DNA of 64,000 bases. It comes from Pseudomonadota bacterium. Its GTDB lineage: Bacteria > Pseudomonadota > Alphaproteobacteria > Sphingomonadales > Sphingomonadaceae. Every line of letters starts with the position of its first letter. The stretch's first letter is position 1. This document shows, piece after piece, positions 18,726-28,729 of this stretch. Location: assembly GCA_046765675.1 (NCBI GenBank), contig JBKPOR010000004.1, forward strand, positions 7,740 to 71,739. The letters run 5' to 3'. The notes below the pieces were generated by a model that searched no databases, was not told where the DNA came from, and saw nothing but the letters and a program-made list of their open reading frames with translations. The position numbers and the translations under genes are program-made.

Positions 18726-19904
18726 ATGATGAACAGGGAAACCTCTTTCCGCACGTCGGACACGTTGGTCGTCAGCGACCGTTCGCGCCAGCGCCGCTGG
18801 GTCATTATCGGCGCCGTTGTCGCGCTTCTCGTGATCATTGGCGCTCTCGTGATGTTCATGAGCGGGGGAAGCTCGAAGAAGGCCGCGGACGCAGCTTCGG
18901 CCGGTGCCGGGCAAGTGCCTGTCGTTACGGTAATCGTCCCTGGCCAAAGCCAGGTCGCCGGAATGATCACGGCCAGTGGGCCGCTGGCCGCCAAGCGCGA
19001 CCAGCCGGTCGGAATCGCCGGATCGGGCGGACGCGTCGTTCGCGTGCTGGTGGACGCCGGCACGTGGGTGCGAGCCGGCGAGACCCTGGCGATCGTGGAT
19101 CGCTCCGTCCAGGCGCAACAGGCAGCGCAGCTCGCCGCCCAGATCCAGGCCGCAAAAGCCAATGCGGCGCTCGCTCAGTCCAATTATGAACGTGCGATCG
19201 CACTCCAGGGCCGCGGCTTCGTTTCGAAAGCCGAAATCGATTCGAAGAGAGCGACCCGCGATGCGGCCTACGCCCAAGTTCGTGTGGCCCAGGCGCAGCT
19301 CGGTGCGACGCGCGCGGAGATCGGCCGGTTGAACGTGACAGCTCCCGCCGCTGGATTGATCCTCGCCCGCAGTGTCGAAGTCGGCCAGATCGTTGGCCCG
19401 GCCTCGGGCGCGTTGTTCCGTCTTGCCGAAGGCGGACAGATGGAAATGCGAGCGCAACTTTCACAGCAGGATCTTGCGCAGGTTCACGTTGGAATGCCGG
19501 TGCAGGTGAGACCTGTGGGTTCGGACCGCACTTATTCCGGCACCGTGTGGCAAGTCGCCCCCACGATCGACGCACAGTCGCGCCTCGGTGATGTCCGCAT
19601 CGCCGTTCCATACGATCCCGCGATGCGGCCTGGCGGTTTCGCCGAGGCACGGATCACCGCTGGCACTACAAGCGCCCCACTGCTGCCGCAGAGCGCGGTG
19701 CTGAGCGACGACGGCGGCAATTACGTCTACATCGTCAACGGCAAGAACCAGGTCGAGCGGCGCAACGTCAAAATCGGCACGGTTGGCGATAATGGCGTGA
19801 CGATCGCCGCGGGAATCTCCGGAAACGAGGCCGTTGTGCTTTCGGCCGGGCCATTCCTCAACCCCGGCCAAAAGGTGAAGCCAAAGCGTCAGTCGGCGTC
19901 GTGA
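18726..19904 (+). CDS. RND efflux periplasmic adaptor (MFP) subunit
   Basis: N-terminal TM anchor, lipoyl halves (GRVVRVLVDAGTWV), coiled hairpin, and RRNVKIG C-terminus. Confidence 0.92.
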   Translation: MMNRETSFRTSDTLVVSDRSRQRRWVIIGAVVALLVIIGALVMFMSGGSSKKAADAASAGAGQVPVVTVIVPGQSQVAGMITASGPLAAKRDQPVGIAGSGGRVVRVLVDAGTWVRAGETLAIVDRSVQAQQAAQLAAQIQAAKANAALAQSNYERAIALQGRGFVSKAEIDSKRATRDAAYAQVRVAQAQLGATRAEIGRLNVTAPAAGLILARSVEVGQIVGPASGALFRLAEGGQMEMRAQLSQQDLAQVHVGMPVQVRPVGSDRTYSGTVWQVAPTIDAQSRLGDVRIAVPYDPAMRPGGFAEARITAGTTSAPLLPQSAVLSDDGGNYVYIVNGKNQVERRNVKIGTVGDNGVTIAAGISGNEAVVLSAGPFLNPGQKVKPKRQSAS

Positions 19905-19940
19905 GCGTCGCCTGAAGCATAAGTCGAGAGTTCGAGCCTT

Positions 19941-22900
19941 ATGAATTTCCGTAACATCTCGTCCTGGTGCATCCGCAACCCGGTCGGACCGATCGTGCTG
20001 TTCGTCGGCCTGATGCTCGCCGGATTGGTCTCCTTCGCCAGGATGCAGGTCAACAACGCGCCGGACATCGACTTTCCAGCGGCGATCGTGTCGGTCTCGC
20101 AGCCGGGGGCCGCCCCGAACGAGATGGAGACCCAGGTCACTCAGCGCGTCGAATCGGCGGTGCGCGGAATCACCGGCGTCGACGAGATCAACAGCAACAT
20201 CAGCGAAGGCAACAGCACGACCTTCGTGAGTTTCCAGCTCGGCACTCCGACCGACCGCGCCGTGAACGACGTTCGCAACGCTATCGCCCAAATCCGAAGC
20301 AACCTGCCCGAAGGAATTCTCGAGCCGCAAATCACGCGCGTCGACGCCGAGGACGAGCCGATCATGGTCATGGCGGCCGGAACGACGGACATGACGCTCG
20401 AGCAGTTGAGCTGGTACATCGACAATAACATTTCGAAGCGGTTGCTGGGCGTCGAGGGCATTGCCGCCGTTTCGCGCGGCGGCGGCGTCGACCGCACGAT
20501 CCGGGTCATCCTCGATCCCGCTGCGTTGCAAGCGCAGGGAATCACTGCGGCGCAGGTCAACCAGCAGCTTCGCCAGAGCAATTTCAACGGTGCCGGGGGA
20601 CGTGCCGAAATCGCCGGATCCGAGCAGTCGGTCCGGGTGCTCGGCAACGCCCGTGACGCCTATCAGCTTTCCGAGACGGAGATTGCACTGCCGGGCGGCC
20701 GGTTCGTCCGGCTCGGAGACTTGGGCGAAGTCAAGGATTCCTCTTCGGAACAGCGCACCCTGACCAAGATGAACGGCCGCCAGGTCGTCACCTTCTATGT
20801 GCAGCGCGCGAAGGGCTCGTCCGAAGTGACGGCCTACAATGCCGGCATGGCCGAGCTCAAGAAGCTCGAAAAGGAAAATCCGCGGGTTCGCTTCTCGGAG
20901 ATTTTCAACCGGGTCGACTATACGAAAGCACAATATAGATCCGCGATGGAGGGCCTCGTCGAAGGCGCCGTCCTCGCGGTTCTGGTCGTCCTCCTCTTCC
21001 TTCGCGATATCCGGGCGACGGCCATCTCGGCGGTCTCGATCCCGCTTTCGGCGATCCCGGCCTTCTGGTTCATGAGCCTCATGGGCATCACCATGAACTT
21101 CATGTCGACGATGGCCATGGGGCTGGTCGCCGGAGTGCTCGTCGACGACGCGATCGTCGAGATCGAAAACATCGTCCGACACATGCGCATGGGCAAATCG
21201 GGATATCAGGCAGCGCTCGACGCGGCCGACGAAATCGGTCTTGCGGTGCTTGCCACGACAATGGCGATCGTCGCGGTCTTCTTCCCAGTCGCGCTCATGC
21301 CGGGAATCGCCGGACAATATTTCAAGGCGTTCGGCTTCACCGTCGTCCTATCGGTGATGATGAGCCTGTTCGTCGCTCGAATGATCACGCCGTTGATCGC
21401 CGCTTATTTCCTGCGCTCCCACGGCATCCAGCCGCACGCGGCCTGGAAGTGGATGGACATCTATCTGAAGGTTCTCAACTGGAGCCTCGATACGACCAAG
21501 GCGCATGCGCTGCTTGCACGCTTGCCGAAACCGGCGCGCAAGTTCGGTTATTACGCTCTCGGATTCTTGCTGCTCATTCCGGTCATCCTGGCATTCCTCG
21601 CCGGAACGGGTCTGGTGATGATGCTGCTCGGCAAGGTTGGAGTGCCCGGAGCGATTTCGTTTGCGATCGCGGTCCTCGTCGGCGCGGCCGCCGGCTACGG
21701 AGCGGCCAAGCTCATTGCCTTTCTCGTCCAGCTGTTCGGACGCGGCCGCTTCGCCGAATGGCACGGTACGGTCGTCGCCCGCTGGAACGCACGCATGCGT
21801 GACCACCGCCTGGCGATGGTCGGCGCGGGCATTTTCACTCTCCTGCTCAGCGTGGTCCTTTTCGGCACTCTGCCGCTGTCCTTCTTCCCGCCGCAGAACG
21901 ACGACTTTGCCAGGGTCAATATCACGCTGGCCCCCGGCACCACGTTGAAGCAGACCGAGCAGGTCGTCGACCGGGTTGCGGCAATGGTTGAGAAGGATCC
22001 CAACGTCGAGCGCGTCTTCGAGCGCGTCAATGTCGGCAACGGCCGAGTCAGCATCGTCCTTAAAAAGGATCGGAAGGTCACCAATACGGAGTTCCAGCGG
22101 AACATGTCGCCGGCGCTCACGCAAATTCCCGACGCGAGAGTCAGCTTCCAGAGTCAAAACGGTGGCGGCCCCGACCCGGATTCTCGCGACATCATGCTAT
22201 ACCTCGGCGGCGACGATCCGGTGCAGCTGACCAACGTCGCCAACCGCATCGCCAAGGAAATGGAAACTGTTCCGGGCCTCCGCGCTCCTCGCGTCGGAAG
22301 CCAGCTCGCCCAGCCGGAAATCACGATCAAGCCGCGGTTCGACCTTGCCGCAGACCTAGGAGTCACGACAGCGTCGCTGAGCCAGACGATCCGCATTGCG
22401 ACCCTCGGGGACATCGAGCAGAACAGCGCGAAATTCTCGCTTTCGGACCGCCAGGTGCCGATCACGGTCTCGCTCTCCGAGAATTCGCGCCGGGATATCG
22501 AAACTCTCAAGAACCTGCCGGTCCCGACCACAGGTGGCGGCTCGGTTCCGCTTAAAGCGGTTGCGGACATCGGCTTCGGTTCGGGTCCGACGACGATCAA
22601 CCGGTCCAACCAGCTTCGCCGGATGACGGTCGGAGCGGACCTGGCGCCCGGGGTCGTTGAAGGTGACGTTTGGGCCAAGGTCTATGAGCTTCCGAGCTTC
22701 AAGAACTTGCCGCAGGGCGTGCAGAAAATGAACCTCGGCAACCAGAAGTGGCAGGCCGAACTGCTGTTCAACTTCGCGGTCGCCCTAATTGCCGGGGTTC
22801 TGCTGGTGTTTGCGGTCCTGGTGCTCCTCTACCGCCGATTCCTGGCTCCGTTCGTCAACATGGGCTCGCTTCTGCTCGCTCCGCTCGGTGCCGCGGCCGC

Positions 22901-23330
22901 GCTGCACGTCGCCGGACAACCGGTTTCGCTGTTCGTCCTGATCGGCATTTTGATGCTCTTCGGGATCGTAGCGAAGAACTCGATCCTGCTGGTCGACTTC
23001 GCGGTCGAAATGATGAACCACGGGATGCCGAAGAACGACGCCATCTGGGAAGCTGGCCACAAGCGTGCCCAGCCGATCGTCATGACGACCGTCGCGATGG
23101 TTGCTGGAATGCTGCCGACGGCAATTTCGATCAGCGGCGACAACAGCTGGCGCGCGCCGATGGGCATTACGGTCATCGGCGGACTGATCTTCTCGACGAT
23201 CCTCACGCTGCTCCTGGTGCCGTCCTATTTCTCGATCGCAATCTCGATCGAATCGAGGATCGGCCGGCTGTTCCATCGGTTCGTCGGTGCCGACGCCCAT
23301 CGCGAGGGCCAGGCCGTTCCGGCGGAGTGA
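19941..23330 (+). CDS. RND efflux permease (AcrB/MdtB-like), 1129 aa with internal hydrophobic insert
   Basis: VLVDDAIVEIENI, GIVAKNSILLV, RAQPIVMTT motifs. Confidence 0.95.
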   Translation: MNFRNISSWCIRNPVGPIVLFVGLMLAGLVSFARMQVNNAPDIDFPAAIVSVSQPGAAPNEMETQVTQRVESAVRGITGVDEINSNISEGNSTTFVSFQLGTPTDRAVNDVRNAIAQIRSNLPEGILEPQITRVDAEDEPIMVMAAGTTDMTLEQLSWYIDNNISKRLLGVEGIAAVSRGGGVDRTIRVILDPAALQAQGITAAQVNQQLRQSNFNGAGGRAEIAGSEQSVRVLGNARDAYQLSETEIALPGGRFVRLGDLGEVKDSSSEQRTLTKMNGRQVVTFYVQRAKGSSEVTAYNAGMAELKKLEKENPRVRFSEIFNRVDYTKAQYRSAMEGLVEGAVLAVLVVLLFLRDIRATAISAVSIPLSAIPAFWFMSLMGITMNFMSTMAMGLVAGVLVDDAIVEIENIVRHMRMGKSGYQAALDAADEIGLAVLATTMAIVAVFFPVALMPGIAGQYFKAFGFTVVLSVMMSLFVARMITPLIAAYFLRSHGIQPHAAWKWMDIYLKVLNWSLDTTKAHALLARLPKPARKFGYYALGFLLLIPVILAFLAGTGLVMMLLGKVGVPGAISFAIAVLVGAAAGYGAAKLIAFLVQLFGRGRFAEWHGTVVARWNARMRDHRLAMVGAGIFTLLLSVVLFGTLPLSFFPPQNDDFARVNITLAPGTTLKQTEQVVDRVAAMVEKDPNVERVFERVNVGNGRVSIVLKKDRKVTNTEFQRNMSPALTQIPDARVSFQSQNGGGPDPDSRDIMLYLGGDDPVQLTNVANRIAKEMETVPGLRAPRVGSQLAQPEITIKPRFDLAADLGVTTASLSQTIRIATLGDIEQNSAKFSLSDRQVPITVSLSENSRRDIETLKNLPVPTTGGGSVPLKAVADIGFGSGPTTINRSNQLRRMTVGADLAPGVVEGDVWAKVYELPSFKNLPQGVQKMNLGNQKWQAELLFNFAVALIAGVLLVFAVLVLLYRRFLAPFVNMGSLLLAPLGAAAALHVAGQPVSLFVLIGILMLFGIVAKNSILLVDFAVEMMNHGMPKNDAIWEAGHKRAQPIVMTTVAMVAGMLPTAISISGDNSWRAPMGITVIGGLIFSTILTLLLVPSYFSIAISIESRIGRLFHRFVGADAHREGQAVPAE

Positions 23331-23376
23331 ATTTGGGTGGAGTGAACCGCCGCCCATGCTCGGCTATTGAAAGCGC

Positions 23377-24645
23377 ATGAACCGAGCACCGTCACAACCG
23401 GTCATGAGCCGTTTCAACCCCGCGCAATCCGGCGCCCAGGGGATGAAAGTCGTCGCGACGGGCCTGCTCGTCGCCATGGCCGGAGTGTTCGTCGCCGCCC
23501 GAGCACTGGAAGCGCAATATCCGTGGCTCGGCTATGTGAAGTCCTTCTCGGAAGCGGCGATGGTCGGCGGGATTGCCGACTGGTTCGCGGTGACTGCGCT
23601 ATTCCGCCACCCGCTCGGAATTCCAATCCCGCACACCGCGATCATCCCTCGCAACAAGGACCGGATCGGCGAGGCGCTCGCGCGCTTCCTGCAGGAGAAT
23701 TTCCTGATCCCGGGGGTGGTCGCCCGGCGGATGCAGAAGCTGGACGTGGCCGGGGTCGCCGGACGTTTCCTCCAGACTCCCGCCGGCGAGGGCACGCGGA
23801 TCCGGGCCGGTGCTTCGCGCCTCATCGCCGATCTCTTCGAAAGCCTCGACGACGAGCGCCTCGGCGGGATCGTCAAGGGCGCGATCTCATCGCGGCTGCG
23901 AAGGACCGAGATTTCGCCGTTGCTCGGCCATGCGCTCGCCTCGGCGATCAACGAGGATCGGCATGTGCCGATGCTCGAAGCGGCGATCCGCTGGACCGCG
24001 CGGGCGCTGGACGCGAACGAGCCCCTGATTCGCGACATGGTCCACAAGAAAGCGAACTGGGTCCTGAAGCTCGCCGGGCTGGACGCGAAGCTCGCCGACG
24101 CGATCATCAACGGTCTGAGGAAACTCACCGTCGAAATGTCGACCGATCCCGGCCATCCCGTCCGGATCAAGGTCGAGGAAGCGCTCGCCCAGCTCGCCAA
24201 CGATCTTCAAACGCGACCGGAAACGCGTGAAAGGGTCGAGACCATCAAGGAGCAATTGCTCGATAACAAGTCCGTCAGCCTGTGGCTCGATACGCTGTGG
24301 CAGAAGGCCCGCGAGGCCGTGATCCGCGCCGCACGCAACCCCGATGCCGTGCTCGCCGGAAAGCTCGGCGAGGTCCTGAAGTCGATGGGAGCGACGCTCG
24401 AAAACGATCCCGGAATCCGGGTCGCAATCAACCGCTTCGCACGCCGTGCTTCCGTCGGGATGGCGGCGAGCTATGGCGGCTCGATCGTCAAGCTCGTGTC
24501 GGAGACGATCCGCAGCTGGGATGCGCGAACGGTCACCGCCCGGCTCGAGGCTGCCGTTGGGCGCGACCTCCAGTATATCCGGATCAACGGCACTTTGGTC
24601 GGCGGCCTCGTTGGGTTGATCCTGCACATGCTGGACAAGCTGTGA
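23377..24645 (+). CDS. DUF445 family protein
   Basis: AAMVGGIADWFAVTALFRHPLGIPIPHTAIIP and VGRDLQYIRINGTLVGG motifs. The start could also be at 23404. Confidence 0.9.
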   Translation: MNRAPSQPVMSRFNPAQSGAQGMKVVATGLLVAMAGVFVAARALEAQYPWLGYVKSFSEAAMVGGIADWFAVTALFRHPLGIPIPHTAIIPRNKDRIGEALARFLQENFLIPGVVARRMQKLDVAGVAGRFLQTPAGEGTRIRAGASRLIADLFESLDDERLGGIVKGAISSRLRRTEISPLLGHALASAINEDRHVPMLEAAIRWTARALDANEPLIRDMVHKKANWVLKLAGLDAKLADAIINGLRKLTVEMSTDPGHPVRIKVEEALAQLANDLQTRPETRERVETIKEQLLDNKSVSLWLDTLWQKAREAVIRAARNPDAVLAGKLGEVLKSMGATLENDPGIRVAINRFARRASVGMAASYGGSIVKLVSETIRSWDARTVTARLEAAVGRDLQYIRINGTLVGGLVGLILHMLDKL

Positions 24646-25415
24646 GCGACGAACGCCTGGACGCACTGGCCGAGACCGCCAGGAATCGAGGGCTGAAACT
24701 CGTGCGCTCGCGAGTTCGAACGCCGAACAAGCGCCGCTTCGGCAAGGTCGGCCTGACTGACAAATCGGGAAAATCCGTCTTTGGGATGGACTCGAAGGGG
24801 CCAACCGCCAAGCCCGAGGAAGTCGAACACTATCTTCGCAACCTCGGCGCACAGGATTGGGGCGCCTCGCTCGACGTCGCGGTGCTTCCGCGCAAGCGCA
24901 AGCCGACCAAGGTCACCCGCGAACCCGCCAACGATGCCGAACCGGAACCCGCGCGCAAGCCGCAAAAGCCGCCCAAGCCAAGACCTGAGCCGAAACTCGC
25001 TATTCGGGCCGCTAAGCCAGCCGATTCGAAGCAACTAAGCGAATTGATCGACTATCTAGGCCATCCCATCACGGAAAAGGCGGTCCGCAAGAATCTGGCG
25101 GCGCTGGCGAAAGTGAAGGAATCGCCGCTAGTCGCAACGCTCGGCAAGGCAGTCGTGGGACTGATCGGAGTTCACAAGACCGTGACCGTGCACCGGGATG
25201 CTCCGGTCGGCCGAATCACGGTGCTCGTGGTTGGCAAGGACGCTCAAGGCCACGGCATTGGCCGAATGCTGGTCGAGGAAGCCGAACGGATTTTGAATAA
25301 AGCGGGCTGCAAGCTGGTCGAAGTGACAAGCAACGATCGCCGGGGCGAGGCCCACGCATTCTACCGCCATATGGGGTACGAGCGGACGAGCATCCGCTTC
25401 ATGAAAAAGTTCTAG
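24642..25415 (+). CDS. GNAT N-acetyltransferase with basic N-terminal domain and Pro/Lys linker
   Basis: GTG start overlapping the DUF445 stop (GTGA); C-terminal [10 protein letters not shown] and [14 protein letters not shown] motifs. Confidence 0.82.
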   Translation: MSDERLDALAETARNRGLKLVRSRVRTPNKRRFGKVGLTDKSGKSVFGMDSKGPTAKPEEVEHYLRNLGAQDWGASLDVAVLPRKRKPTKVTREPANDAEPEPARKPQKPPKPRPEPKLAIRAAKPADSKQLSELIDYLGHPITEKAVRKNLAALAKVKESPLVATLGKAVVGLIGVHKTVTVHRDAPVGRITVLVVGKDAQGHGIGRMLVEEAERILNKAGCKLVEVTSNDRRGEAHAFYRHMGYERTSIRFMKKF

Positions 25416-26695
25416 CCGGCGCTCCTGCGTTCGATCGTCGCGCCGACTGCCGACAGCTTTTCCTCCAGCCGTTCGTAGCCGCGGTCGAGATGGTAGACGC
25501 GCAGCACCTCGGTCTCTCCTTCCGCAGCGAGCCCTGCGAGGACGAGGCTCATCGACGCTCGTAGATCCGTCGCCATGACGCTCGCGCCGGTCAAACCCTC
25601 CGTTCCCCTAACGATCGCCGATCGGCCGTGGACCTCGACATTGGCGCCCATCCTGCGAAGCTCGGGGACGTGCATGTAGCGGTTCTCGAAGATGGTCTCC
25701 TCGAGGAAGCTGTCACCCTGGGCGAGCGCGAGCATCGCCATGAACTGCGCCTGCATGTCGGTTGCGAAGCCCGGGAACGGAGCGGTGGAGAGAGCCAGCG
25801 GCTTTAATGCGCCGTTGGAGCTGACTTTGATCCCACGGTTGTGGAATTCGACTAATAATCCAGCCTGGGCGAGCGCGTTTATCGTCGCGCGCATGTCATC
25901 CGGTCGAGCACCGATGAGGTCGATCGAGCCGCCCGTGATGCCCGCCGCGCACGCGTAACTGCCGGCCTCGATCCGGTCCGGCATGACCTCGTAGGTCGTC
26001 CCGCGAAGGCCCTCAACTCCGGTCACGATCAGGTGCGAGGAGCCGATGCCGGCAATCTTCGCACCCATGGCGACAAGGAGGTTGCACAGGTCTACGATCT
26101 CGGGCTCGCGAGCGGCGTTGAACAGCTGGGTTTTGCCCTTCGCAAGCACCGCCGCCATGAGCGCGTTCTCGGTTGCCCCGACGGATACGACTGGGAAGCT
26201 GAAGTCGCCGCCAGGAAGCCGACCCTTGGGCGCGGTCGCCTTTACGTAGCCCGCCGTGAGCTCGATTTCGGCGCCCATGCATTCGAGCGCTTTCAAATGC
26301 AGGTCGATCGGGCGATCGCCGATCGCGCAGCCGCCCGGCAGCGACACCGTCGCTTCGCCGGCGCGGGCCAGCATCGGGCCCAGCACCAGCACGGACGCAC
26401 GCATCTTGCGAACCATGTCATAAGGCGCCACGGTCGAGACAACCTCGTCGGCCTGGAGCGTCATCCGGCGGCCGATTTCGCCCTTCTTCACCCCGGCGAC
26501 ATGGGTCGAAACCCCGAGCTGGTTGAGCAAATGGCTGAATGTGTCGACGTCGGCGAGGCGCGGCAGGTTGGTGAGCGTCAATTTCTCATCGGTGAGAAGG
26601 GCGCAGGGCATCAGGGTCAGAGCGGCATTTTTCGCGCCGCTGATCGGGATTTCGCCTTTGAGGCGCGTACCGCCGCTGATCCAGATGCTGTCCAC
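25412..26695 (-). CDS. murA: UDP-N-acetylglucosamine 1-carboxyvinyltransferase
   Basis: [42 protein letters not shown] motifs. Confidence 0.97.
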   Translation of the reverse strand: MDSIWISGGTRLKGEIPISGAKNAALTLMPCALLTDEKLTLTNLPRLADVDTFSHLLNQLGVSTHVAGVKKGEIGRRMTLQADEVVSTVAPYDMVRKMRASVLVLGPMLARAGEATVSLPGGCAIGDRPIDLHLKALECMGAEIELTAGYVKATAPKGRLPGGDFSFPVVSVGATENALMAAVLAKGKTQLFNAAREPEIVDLCNLLVAMGAKIAGIGSSHLIVTGVEGLRGTTYEVMPDRIEAGSYACAAGITGGSIDLIGARPDDMRATINALAQAGLLVEFHNRGIKVSSNGALKPLALSTAPFPGFATDMQAQFMAMLALAQGDSFLEETIFENRYMHVPELRRMGANVEVHGRSAIVRGTEGLTGASVMATDLRASMSLVLAGLAAEGETEVLRVYHLDRGYERLEEKLSAVGATIERRSAG

Positions 26696-26717
26696 GGAGC
26701 GGCTTTAGCGACGGAAA

Positions 26718-26750
26718 TTCCTCCCTGCCAGCGCAGTTGGTGGGGAGGAA
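26718..26750. terminator. Hairpin TTCCTCCC...GGGAGGAA between clpS and murA (terminator or single REP-like arm)
   Basis: 8-bp perfect stem extended by G-U pairs; resembles the arms of the 55251 element. Confidence 0.45.
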
Positions 26751-26756
26751 CGGCGC

Positions 26757-27104
26757 TCAGGCCTTTTCGAGCGTACACTGCAGCGGGTGCTGGTTTTCCC
26801 GAGCGAAATCGATCACCTGGGTGACCTTGGTCTCAGCGACTTCGTAGGTGAAGACGCCGCACACCGCGACGCCCTGCTGGTGCACCTGCAGCATCACCCT
26901 CGTCGCATCCTCAATGCCCATTGAGAAGAAGCGTTGAAGGACGAGCACGACGAACTCCATCGGGGTGTAGTCGTCATTGAGCATCAGGACCTTGTAGTTC
27001 GAAGGCTTCTTCGTCTTGGGCCGGGTGCGCGTCGCGACGCCGGTCTCGATCTCGTCGATCCCGTCTTCGTCACCATTGGCCATGATGATCTTGTCGATGC
27101 TCAT
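26757..27104 (-). CDS. clpS: ATP-dependent Clp protease adaptor ClpS
   Basis: [35 protein letters not shown] motifs. The start could also be at 27083. Confidence 0.95.
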   Translation of the reverse strand: MSIDKIIMANGDEDGIDEIETGVATRTRPKTKKPSNYKVLMLNDDYTPMEFVVLVLQRFFSMGIEDATRVMLQVHQQGVAVCGVFTYEVAETKVTQVIDFARENQHPLQCTLEKA

Positions 27105-27164
27105 CACGCTATAAAATATGGCAGGCTCGAAAAGTGCCGCAAGGCGGCTTCGCACGCTTGCCTT

Positions 27165-27200
27165 AAAAAATTGGCGGCCGCCCTTGGGGGAGCGGCCGCC
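27165..27200 (-). terminator. Rho-independent terminator downstream of the phasin gene
   Basis: GGCGGCCGC/GCGGCCGCC stem (27173-27200) followed on the minus strand by a T6 tract (A6 at 27165-27170). Confidence 0.8.
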
Positions 27201-27232
27201 GGGTTCGTCACCTGAACTAGGAGGGGAGAGGG

Positions 27233-27943
27233 TCAGGCAACGAGAGTATTGAAGCGCTCGGCATTCGCCGTGGCGCGATTCGAAAGCGGCTGGAACGCCT
27301 CGCCGGCAAGCTTCACCAGCGATTCGGTCAGCTTCGAGCTCTCGGCGATCGCGCGGTCGAACGACGCACGAGCGAAGTCGCCCTGGAGCTGCAGATATTC
27401 GGTCGGCGACTTGGCCTCGGCGAGCGAACGGATCGCGTCCGCGGCCTGCTCGAAGCTCTCGCGGCCCTTGCTGACGGCGTCCTGACCGATCGCGCGAGCG
27501 CCTTCGCTGGCGACTCGGCCGGCCTCGACCACCGCCTCAACGTTGGCGCGAGTGAGATCGGCGAGCTCTTCAGCAACCTTCTGGCTGCGCTTGACGATCT
27601 CCTGGCTGCGCTCACTGGCATCGCTGAAGATCGACTGGAACGGCGCGAAGGCCGGAACTTCGAAGAAATTGGTGTTGGTCACGGTTTCAATCCTTTGTTT
27701 GGCCGGGCGCGCGTTCTTGCGGGCGGCGGCACGATTCTTGCGGCGGACAGACTTGGCGCGGCGGGAAGCGGTCTTTTTGGCAACCGGCTTGCGCTTGGCC
27801 CGGCGGGTGATGGAAGCACGCTCCACCTTCGCCGCCTTCTTGCTCTCCTTAGCGATCGTCTCGACGGTGTCGGCAATCGCCACGGCGACTTTGGCCGGAG
27901 CCTCGGCGACAGCCTGAGCTTCAACCTTGGTTTCGTCTGTCAT
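27233..27943 (-). CDS. phaP: Phasin family protein with Ala/Lys/Arg-rich N-terminal extension
   Basis: C-terminal phasin domain ([26 protein letters not shown]); RBS GAGGA before ATG 27943; PhaR-like boxes upstream. Confidence 0.85.
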   Translation of the reverse strand: MTDETKVEAQAVAEAPAKVAVAIADTVETIAKESKKAAKVERASITRRAKRKPVAKKTASRRAKSVRRKNRAAARKNARPAKQRIETVTNTNFFEVPAFAPFQSIFSDASERSQEIVKRSQKVAEELADLTRANVEAVVEAGRVASEGARAIGQDAVSKGRESFEQAADAIRSLAEAKSPTEYLQLQGDFARASFDRAIAESSKLTESLVKLAGEAFQPLSNRATANAERFNTLVA

Positions 27944-27964
27944 TAAGTATTCCTCTGAATTTGC

Positions 27965-28022
27965 TGCAGTGCAACATAAACGTTGCGCCGCACCATTTCA
28001 AGCGTGTTTTTTGTGCAGTGCG
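27965..28022. promoter_or_regulatory. Three candidate PhaR boxes (TGC-N3-GCA)
   Basis: TGCAGTGCA 27965-27973, TGCGCCGCA 27984-27992 and TGCAGTGCG 28014-28022, directly upstream of the phasin gene. Confidence 0.6.
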
Positions 28023-28069
28023 TCAACCCGCCGCTTGACGGCCACGGCCCGACCGAAGCAAGAGCGGCC

Positions 28070-28723
28070 ATGGACGCTTCGACCGACGCTCTCGCTCGCC
28101 GCCGGCGCGGCCTGCTGATCGTGCTTTCATCTCCGTCCGGCGCGGGCAAGACGACGATCTCGCGGATGCTGCTCGAATCGGATCCGGAAATCACGATGTC
28201 GGTCTCGGCGACGACGCGTCCCAAGCGCCCCGGGGAGACAGATGATGTCGATTATCACTTCGTCAGCGACGCAGAATTCGGTCGACTGATCGACGACGGC
28301 GAGTTCGTCGAATGGGCCCCCGTGTTCGGCTTCCGCTACGGCACTCCGAAGGCACCGGTAAAATCCGCGCTCCGCGATGGCCGCGACATCTTGTTCGACA
28401 TCGATTGGCAGGGAACGCAACAGCTCCATTCGGCGATGGGCGAGGACCTCGTTCGGATTTTCATCCTTCCGCCTTCGATGGAAGAACTCGAGCGGCGCCT
28501 TCACTCTCGGGCAACCGATGCCGAGGAGGTGATCGCCGACCGGATGCAGCGCTCGACCGGCGAAATCAGCCACTGGGCCGAATATGACTATGTCCTCATC
28601 AACCGCGACATGGATGCATGCCTGGCCGAGGTTCAGACGATTGTCGCGGCAGAGCGCTTGAAGCGTGCTCGGCAGATCGGCCTGGTGTCCTTCGTACGCG
28701 ACCTGATCGGGCCGCAGCACTAG
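28070..28723 (+). CDS. gmk: Guanylate kinase
   Basis: LSSPSGAGKTT P-loop, SVSATTRPKRPGE, YGTP, DIDWQG, YDYVLIN. Confidence 0.96.
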   Translation: MDASTDALARRRRGLLIVLSSPSGAGKTTISRMLLESDPEITMSVSATTRPKRPGETDDVDYHFVSDAEFGRLIDDGEFVEWAPVFGFRYGTPKAPVKSALRDGRDILFDIDWQGTQQLHSAMGEDLVRIFILPPSMEELERRLHSRATDAEEVIADRMQRSTGEISHWAEYDYVLINRDMDACLAEVQTIVAAERLKRARQIGLVSFVRDLIGPQH

Positions 28724-28729
28724 CAGCCG

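Noticed and set aside
19461-21317. 618-aa minus-strand ORF
   Set aside because: Antisense to the RND adaptor and permease, which are clearly real genes.
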